The notes under the pieces were generated by a model, which saw only the letters and a list, made by a program, of their open reading frames with translations, did no database searches and was not told the origin of the DNA. From the NCBI GenBank assembly GCA_032128875.1, contig JAVLKG010000007.1, forward strand, positions 298,496 to 362,495: a DNA stretch of 64,000 nt, written 5' to 3'. The DNA comes from Candidatus Melainabacteria bacterium 17Bon1m. Lineage in GTDB: Bacteria > Cyanobacteriota > Vampirovibrionia > Obscuribacterales > Obscuribacteraceae. Both the position numbers and the translations under genes were made by a program. Shown piece after piece: positions 58,032-64,000 of the stretch (within the stretch, counting starts at the first letter, position 1; each line of letters begins with the position of its first letter).

Positions 58032-58523
58032 ATGGGTCGCGATTTTATTGAAGAAAAGGCTTACAGAATGGCGCAGGACCTCGACAGAGGTGGCGGCGAG
58101 CTGGTGGCTGAGAAATTGCGCCAGGATTCGATTCGGCTGCCGGAGACAGAATTTGCTAGGTTGGTAAGCATGACTCGAGAGTATGAACGCCCAGGTGTGG
58201 GTGATGACTTGCAATCTCGCCCAATGCATGGTGGCGAAGTCATCACTGTTCAAAAGTACCTGGGGCAAGATCGCCGCGGAAACGATGTTGTTCGGTCTTT
58301 ACCGGCAGGCGAAATTGATTTCTCCAATATCTATGAAGAGCAAAACCGAGGTGGTCGTGATGGTCGTCGAGGAAATCGTGATGGGATCGATCCTAAAGAT
58401 GTAGCCATCGGCGCTGTGATTGGATTTGGAATCGGAAAAATCATTGAACATCACAATGATAAGAAAGACGAGCGGCGCCGTGATGACCGTCGACATGATG
58501 ATCGTCGCTATCCGCATAGATAA
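58032..58523 (+). CDS. Hypothetical protein with glycine zipper and R/D-rich tail
   Basis: GAGG RBS; AIGAVIGFGIG; DERRRDDRRHDDRR. Confidence 0.7.
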   Translation: MGRDFIEEKAYRMAQDLDRGGGELVAEKLRQDSIRLPETEFARLVSMTREYERPGVGDDLQSRPMHGGEVITVQKYLGQDRRGNDVVRSLPAGEIDFSNIYEEQNRGGRDGRRGNRDGIDPKDVAIGAVIGFGIGKIIEHHNDKKDERRRDDRRHDDRRYPHR

Positions 58524-58547
58524 CACTCACAACGAGATTGTCCTCAA

Positions 58548-58588
58548 CACCGGGATTGATAAGCGATCCCGGTGCCTTCGTGTTTTTG
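58548..58588 (+). terminator. Probable intrinsic terminator
   Basis: caccgggat/atcccggtg stem followed by a U-rich stretch. Confidence 0.55.
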
Positions 58589-58650
58589 CCCGGCTCGCAC
58601 CATCATCTACATCGCAATCATGGGAGCTTCTGGAACTGATTAGGTAGAGG

Positions 58651-59514
58651 CTAGCTTGCCGGCTGTGTCGTTGGTTGTAGTATCGAGCGCAGTGCTTGCA
58701 GGCTTGCGTTCAGAGATTCAATACTTTTTTCGTCGCTCCAAATTAACTGCTGTGCTTCCCACGCGGAGTCCTCGTTCTTTTCGGTCTCGCGTTGTTCTTT
58801 TATCGCGCGTTGAACAGATAAGTGTTCGTTGGCTTTTGCTATGGTCGTTTCAGTGACAGCAATTTGTACTTTCACAATTGCGGCGAAGCTTTCGGCGTGC
58901 TGCGGTTCTTGTTCAATGAACTTTTGAGCACAATGCGCGATCTGCTGCTCCAGTTTTGAAATCCTTTGTTCTGCAATTTGCACTGCTGTATTAAAACTCG
59001 GACCGGCCTGTTTCTCATCGATAGCAAAATTCGGAAGTTCATCGATGAAGTTTTTAATCGCGCCAAGCAGTTGCTCTCGTAAGGTTGTTGGCAGAGGCAT
59101 GGCGCTCAGTAAATCTTTGAGAATTAGAAGCCTGTGGATGATGATATTAACTGACTCCAGGCGTGAATTCAGGTGCAGGCGTCTTTGGTTCAGCAGAGGC
59201 AATTGCGATTGGAATTCCAGGTTGGAATGCATGTAGGACACCTTGCGCTGCAAATTCTGCAACGCCAGTTGCTCATTGTCTTGCTCAAGCGCGAGCCTCG
59301 CGCGCTCTTCCCATGTCTCAATCTCTGAAGAGCTTTTTTCAATGTCCCTTTCGATCATTGCTTGCGCGCTCATCGCATCAAGAACAGCTGCATTGCAGGC
59401 TTCGTGAAATAGTTTGAGCTGATCATATGCGCGCTCGACATCTTTGTCCGGAGCGAGTTTGCGCGCAGCTTTTGTCAGCCTGTTGAACCATGAGTCTTTT
59501 CGTTCGTCGGTCAT
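58651..59514 (-). CDS. PspA/IM30-like coiled-coil protein (divergent)
   Basis: WEERARLALEQDNEQLALQNLQRK. Confidence 0.65.
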   Translation of the reverse strand: MTDERKDSWFNRLTKAARKLAPDKDVERAYDQLKLFHEACNAAVLDAMSAQAMIERDIEKSSSEIETWEERARLALEQDNEQLALQNLQRKVSYMHSNLEFQSQLPLLNQRRLHLNSRLESVNIIIHRLLILKDLLSAMPLPTTLREQLLGAIKNFIDELPNFAIDEKQAGPSFNTAVQIAEQRISKLEQQIAHCAQKFIEQEPQHAESFAAIVKVQIAVTETTIAKANEHLSVQRAIKEQRETEKNEDSAWEAQQLIWSDEKSIESLNASLQALRSILQPTTQPAS

Positions 59515-59600
59515 CTATCACACCGCATATCTGCGACTCAGCATATATGCGATTCTCTCACAACTGCTTGAGAAAAACTTTGGGGTAAAGCCTATTAGCC

Positions 59601-60719
59601 TTAGTGCTGCGTGAGCTGGACGCAGATGCCGCCGAGGACAATGAGTGCAATTCCTAGCAAGCGGGTGGCGTTAAAACGTTCTTTGAGGAAAAGAATCGTG
59701 AAGCCGTACATGAGCAGCGGGTAGCAACCAGTAATGGTGATTACATAAGACGCGCTTGCCATGCCGAGCGCTGCGAGATATGACCAGCCACCGATCGCGA
59801 GAGTAAGTGTTGAGAGTCCGGTGAAAAGCCAGGCTTGTGGAGCTTGCAATTGCGGGCGTTTTTTCGCAATCAAGAAATACAAGCAGAACGGAACCAATGT
59901 GGTGAGGTTCAAAACCAATTCCACGAAGTACACCACCAGCGGTGGCGCCATGCCGACAGCGATTTTGTCGAACAATCCCTTGATGCCCCACGTGAGTGTG
60001 GCGAGAGCCACACAGACAGGAACAACAAATTTGGAGAAGGAGCTTTCTTTGACCTTCTCAGGAGCTTTTATGGTGTGAACGGTAAGGTTTGCAGTCTCTA
60101 CAGGTCTTTCGAGGACAGCAACACCGCCTCGGTCTGACGATGGGGTGCTGAAGGGAAACGGTTCAGCAGCGCTGGCTCTTCGCAAGTTTTCCAGAACAAG
60201 TTGACGATCATCTAAAACGATTTTGTCTTTACTCTTTTCTTGTTTCTCACCGGTCAAACCAACCGAGAACACACCGGCGGCAATCAGTGCGCCACCGAAC
60301 ATTAGTCCGGGCACGAGTTTTTCGCCCAGGATAAAAACAGCCAAGATCTGCGCTACAAGCGGATATCCAGCGGTGAAGCCGAGGACAAAACCTGCTTCCG
60401 CCCGCGACATCGCTGTCACATAGCTGATCATGCTGATGACGTAAAAGACGGCACCTATTGCACAATAATAGATTAGGGGGCCGCTCGCTTGCCAACCTGG
60501 ATGGAACGCGTTCAACATCCACAGGCAGAGCGGTAGTTGCGGCAGTTGGCAGACTAACATCGCGAACAAAACGTCGCGGTTCGATGCGAAGTGCAAAGCC
60601 TTCTTGTCGAAGATACCCCAAACGCCCCAGCATGCCAGGCAGACGAGCACGAGCCCGTTCAATCCCCATTGGGCGAACATGGTCGGTTCAAACAGGCTGG
60701 TCAAGCCAGGCAACGGCAT
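59601..60719 (-). CDS. EamA/DMT transporter with long central loop, paralog of 46408
   Basis: WGVWGIFDKKA, FTAGYP, ITGCYP. Confidence 0.85.
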   Translation of the reverse strand: MPLPGLTSLFEPTMFAQWGLNGLVLVCLACWGVWGIFDKKALHFASNRDVLFAMLVCQLPQLPLCLWMLNAFHPGWQASGPLIYYCAIGAVFYVISMISYVTAMSRAEAGFVLGFTAGYPLVAQILAVFILGEKLVPGLMFGGALIAAGVFSVGLTGEKQEKSKDKIVLDDRQLVLENLRRASAAEPFPFSTPSSDRGGVAVLERPVETANLTVHTIKAPEKVKESSFSKFVVPVCVALATLTWGIKGLFDKIAVGMAPPLVVYFVELVLNLTTLVPFCLYFLIAKKRPQLQAPQAWLFTGLSTLTLAIGGWSYLAALGMASASYVITITGCYPLLMYGFTILFLKERFNATRLLGIALIVLGGICVQLTQH

Positions 60720-60861
60720 GGTTATCTTCGGAGGTTGCGGGTGTGCAAGACATGCCAGCGTACCATTGAGAGTGTAATCAAGTGAAACTCTTAGGCTGTT
60801 TTTAGTAATTAGGGAAACAAATAGCTTTCGCCGCCCGCGCTAAGTGCTAATTAGAGGCGGC

Positions 60862-61467
60862 TTAGCTCTCGCCCAGTGTGCTTCTTGCGTCGCACGCCGT
60901 TTCCACTGCTCGTTCTTCGTCTTGAACCGCGAGCACAACTTGTTCATACAAATTCCCGTCGGCGGTCGCGAAAAGCAATGTGCCATTGTCTGCCATGTAC
61001 GCGAATGGATTGATAACGTTCAGTTGATCCCAAAACCGTTCTTCGAACGTGCAGGATTCCATCTTGTGGAGTCCAACATGCCCGACGGAAAACCCGAATC
61101 CGCCCCAGTTGATAAACACTTCCGCTGATTCGATCTTTGGCGCAGAATTGAAAACGTACCACTCGTCGTACATATTGCCGTGGCAGATATCTCTGGGAAT
61201 GTCTGAAGGGTTTGAAACTCTCGGGCTGAGAGAAAAAATCCCTCTGCGTTGGGGTTGGTCTTTAAAGTCTGGATTGTGTGTTTCGTTTACTGCGTACTTC
61301 CAGCCTTGGTTCAACTGTTGTTCATTCAGAATCACCAAGCCGCTGTCCAGCGAAGTGACCAGTACAAACTTGTCGATAACAGTCTGTGGGGATTTTTCAA
61401 GTACATCACCCATGCAAGCCGCTTTCGAGCTTAGCCACATCCACTTGCCGTTTTTGCCCAGTATCAT
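60862..61467 (-). CDS. Hypothetical protein
   Basis: VTSLDSG, YDEWYVF, EVFINWGGF, FWDQL; start uncertain. Confidence 0.65.
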   Translation of the reverse strand: MILGKNGKWMWLSSKAACMGDVLEKSPQTVIDKFVLVTSLDSGLVILNEQQLNQGWKYAVNETHNPDFKDQPQRRGIFSLSPRVSNPSDIPRDICHGNMYDEWYVFNSAPKIESAEVFINWGGFGFSVGHVGLHKMESCTFEERFWDQLNVINPFAYMADNGTLLFATADGNLYEQVVLAVQDEERAVETACDARSTLGES

Positions 61468-61567
61468 TGCGCTGCTATTTCCTGATTTCTGGTTCCGGTT
61501 TCTCTCAGCGTTTCCTTTCGACCGGGACATGCATGGCATGCACACACGTTTCGCTTAAATGGTCCTT

Positions 61568-62380
61568 CTATGGCTTCCCGAGCAGGTCTTGAATAAATCC
61601 CTCATCAGTTACGTTGGTGACGTCACCGACTGAAGCGGCAAGTTTGTATTTTGGAACAGTCCAGAGTCTGTTGTCGTTTGGAACTTGTTTGGCGCTTATC
61701 GTGTCGAGGTCGGTTCTCACACGACCTTCTCTATGAACTGTTCCACGAAGCGGCACGCCACCGAGCACGGCCATCGTCTGCATCTCGGCGAGAACTTTGC
61801 AGTTGCGAGGCGAGATAGCAATTGTTTCAGCGATATAAGAGGTGTAGCTTACTTTTACATGTTTACTTCCGCCGGACATGAATCCGCCGCCGCCACCCTT
61901 GAAATACAGTTTTTCATCGCTCGCTTTGTAAGCGCGAGTAGCTAAGCCGGCAACAGTAGTCTTTTCTGATTCTTTCGACAGTTTCCAGCTGAGCTTGGAA
62001 GTGTTTTCACCACCAACTTGCATCATCTTTGAAAAACTGTGCTCAAAACGATTCCAGTCGACGCAGCTCGCTAACTTGCGCCTGTCACTGAAAACCCAAA
62101 CCTTTCCGCTTTGCTCATCTGCAATTAAGGTGTTGCCAATGTCGGTGTTTTCCACGCGTAATTTTTCCGGGAAAACATATATGGTTTGGTGTCCATTGGC
62201 TGCATGTTTTTGTTCGAGCATCCAGCCTTTCGGGCTTGCCTTGGTTGCAGCATCGGTGGGCGCGCTAATCAGGCTGTTGATGAGCAAAGCGGGCATAAAA
62301 AATCGACAAAAGCCGTTCAAATTTTTACCTGTTTTGTACCTTGCGAGTAAGTGAAGATCATAACCTAAACGGGGCGGCAA
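61568..62380 (-). CDS. Secreted hypothetical protein (DUF4412-like), paralog of 38166
   Basis: GWMLEQ..G.QTIYVFP, TVAGL, GGVPL; start uncertain. Confidence 0.7.
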   Translation of the reverse strand: MPPRLGYDLHLLARYKTGKNLNGFCRFFMPALLINSLISAPTDAATKASPKGWMLEQKHAANGHQTIYVFPEKLRVENTDIGNTLIADEQSGKVWVFSDRRKLASCVDWNRFEHSFSKMMQVGGENTSKLSWKLSKESEKTTVAGLATRAYKASDEKLYFKGGGGGFMSGGSKHVKVSYTSYIAETIAISPRNCKVLAEMQTMAVLGGVPLRGTVHREGRVRTDLDTISAKQVPNDNRLWTVPKYKLAASVGDVTNVTDEGFIQDLLGKP

Positions 62381-62444
62381 ACATAACTAACACTTGAGCG
62401 CATATGCGAAAGAATGGCTAAAATGGGGGCATAAGAGAAGAGAA

Positions 62445-63860
62445 ATGACTAGTTCAGCGACACCCATAAACAAAATTGCAATTCGGCCGGCGGCAAGCCT
62501 GCTGTTAGGCTCAGGCGTGGTTGTGCTGTTTCTTGCTTGTTGCGGACAAAGTGCCTTTGCAAATGAGAGTGGTTTGCCTTTTGAACTTCCGAAGCGCGTG
62601 CCGTTTGTGATTCCAGAACCCGCTCAGGCTGCACCGCCTGCGCCAAGTGCTTCTGTATCTCCTGAGACGCCAGAAGAGCCGAAAGTACGCAAGAAGCGCA
62701 AAGCTGCTAAGAAAGTTGCCCCTGAAGAGAGTCCGTCTAAAGCTTCTGAACCTAGCCCGTCGGTCGCTAATTCTGCGCCCGCGAGCGAATCTGCGCCACC
62801 GCAACCAGAATCCACAGCGCCGGCCACAGATCCTGTTTTGAGTGCGCCCTCATCCGATTCTCCTTCTGCGTCGTCAGGCAAGCGCTTCTTGCTGCAAGGT
62901 AAGACCGAAGTGGTTGACTTCAGGCTGAGCGAATTTGACGGTTACAAGCAAGGAATGGCGGCCTTGGATAAGCGCAATTATGCTCTTGCAGAATCATTGT
63001 TCAAAGCTGCTGCTGCCAAGCTCGATAATGGCTATGAGAAGTATCGTGCAGAGTGCAATTTTTTCGAAGCGAAATGCTTGATGATGCAAGGGAAATTTGA
63101 CCAGTCGATGGCTCTTCTCAAATCGGCTATTGCTATGTTTGATCAGCATGACCCGAGCAATCCATACAAGTTAGCAGCTCAAAGACAGGTTGGAGACTTG
63201 TTGAGCGGTAAGGCGAGAATGGATGTTGCTTCTCTGCACGCGCATACAAACTTGCACCAAGCTCGCGTCGTTGACCAAAACATCACTTTTTATTCGAGAG
63301 TAGCTACTGATGATTCAGATCCGGTACTACTGCGCTGTGAGAAGGAGGCGATTTCTAGCACTATTCATGACTGCTTTGCTGAAATGACGTGCCTTGAGAC
63401 AGCGGAGCTGGGCACTAATGTCGGCAATGCGAATGGGCGCTGGCAGCCGCTTTTGGTCAAGGGTGAGCCTGCGGCGTTCGAATTTGGAGCCAAGTCACCG
63501 GTGGTGAACATAAAGGTGAATGGACAGATAAAAGAAGTACCTGTCAACCTTCCAATGGTAAACGGGCTTCGGAGAGTTTTGCTGGCGACCGACAACGAGA
63601 AGGTTTGCGCGATAGATGTTGATAACAACGACACCTGGCTCCTGCAAATGGAAAATCTTCCGGACGGTACAATAGGCCGCGTGCGTTGGGCTTTGCTGAG
63701 ACACGTCAAGCAAAAGAGCGCAACCTGGGGCGTCAGCCGTAATGTGTTGAACAAGCCGCACCCGACGGGGAACGCCTGGGGATCGGCGCCGCATCGCGGT
63801 TTTGGTAGCGTGCAAAACGTTAATCCGCGACTTTTTAGAAATAGTCAAGGCAAGTACTAA
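62445..63860 (+). CDS. Secreted protein with Pro/Ser-rich linker and TPR region
   Basis: Signal ending AFA; PAPSAS linker; YALAESLFKAA TPR. Confidence 0.75.
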   Translation: MTSSATPINKIAIRPAASLLLGSGVVVLFLACCGQSAFANESGLPFELPKRVPFVIPEPAQAAPPAPSASVSPETPEEPKVRKKRKAAKKVAPEESPSKASEPSPSVANSAPASESAPPQPESTAPATDPVLSAPSSDSPSASSGKRFLLQGKTEVVDFRLSEFDGYKQGMAALDKRNYALAESLFKAAAAKLDNGYEKYRAECNFFEAKCLMMQGKFDQSMALLKSAIAMFDQHDPSNPYKLAAQRQVGDLLSGKARMDVASLHAHTNLHQARVVDQNITFYSRVATDDSDPVLLRCEKEAISSTIHDCFAEMTCLETAELGTNVGNANGRWQPLLVKGEPAAFEFGAKSPVVNIKVNGQIKEVPVNLPMVNGLRRVLLATDNEKVCAIDVDNNDTWLLQMENLPDGTIGRVRWALLRHVKQKSATWGVSRNVLNKPHPTGNAWGSAPHRGFGSVQNVNPRLFRNSQGKY

Positions 63861-63878
63861 GACTTTGATCGCTGAGAG

Positions 63879-63907
63879 AACCCGCATGAGTCGCGGGTTT
63901 GTTTCTT
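63879..63907 (+). terminator. Probable intrinsic terminator
   Basis: aacccgc/gcgggtt stem followed by tgtttct. Confidence 0.55.
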
Positions 63908-64000
63908 GCGCGACAACGGTTATGTATGACTTCACTAAACCATGTAGCAGGTCCTGCTCAAAAGAACGAGCTAAAACCTCTGCCATTTTCGCTTTTCGAC

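Overview
Chromosomal window from a bacterium that appears to be a non-photosynthetic relative of Cyanobacteria (Vampirovibrionia/Melainabacteria, Obscuribacterales-like). This is inferred from cyanobacterial-type ClpC N-domain signatures ([29 protein letters not shown]), the EQHIAHER MutL motif, MshEN-repeat proteins, and no photosynthesis genes in the window. Recognisable genes: mutL, icd (with an NAD+-type signature), aspartokinase, thiolase, a CPA2 antiporter, an M20 amidohydrolase, a NarX/NarL-type two-component pair, a Phd-RelE toxin-antitoxin pair, a beta-CASP MBL hydrolase, cytidine deaminase, and patatin/M28/C26/Spinster/YihY/EamA genes. I saw no rRNA, tRNA, CRISPR array or intact transposase. 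Most notable: (1) four tandem ATPase-less Clp N-domain proteins; (2) operons with strongly C/G-ending codons, long hairpin-rich leaders, a shared TTGAC-N18-GGGTYATAKCT promoter-like motif (two of them) and enzymes with Arg/Lys-rich tails; (3) an icd / degenerate NadM-methyltransferase / Nmad-like / GNAT operon; (4) a divergent stand-alone RelA/SpoT-fold enzyme; (5) an unannotated Lys/Thr-rich leader peptide ending IAGP-stop upstream of aspartokinase. All family calls come from motif recognition by eye; no searches were run.
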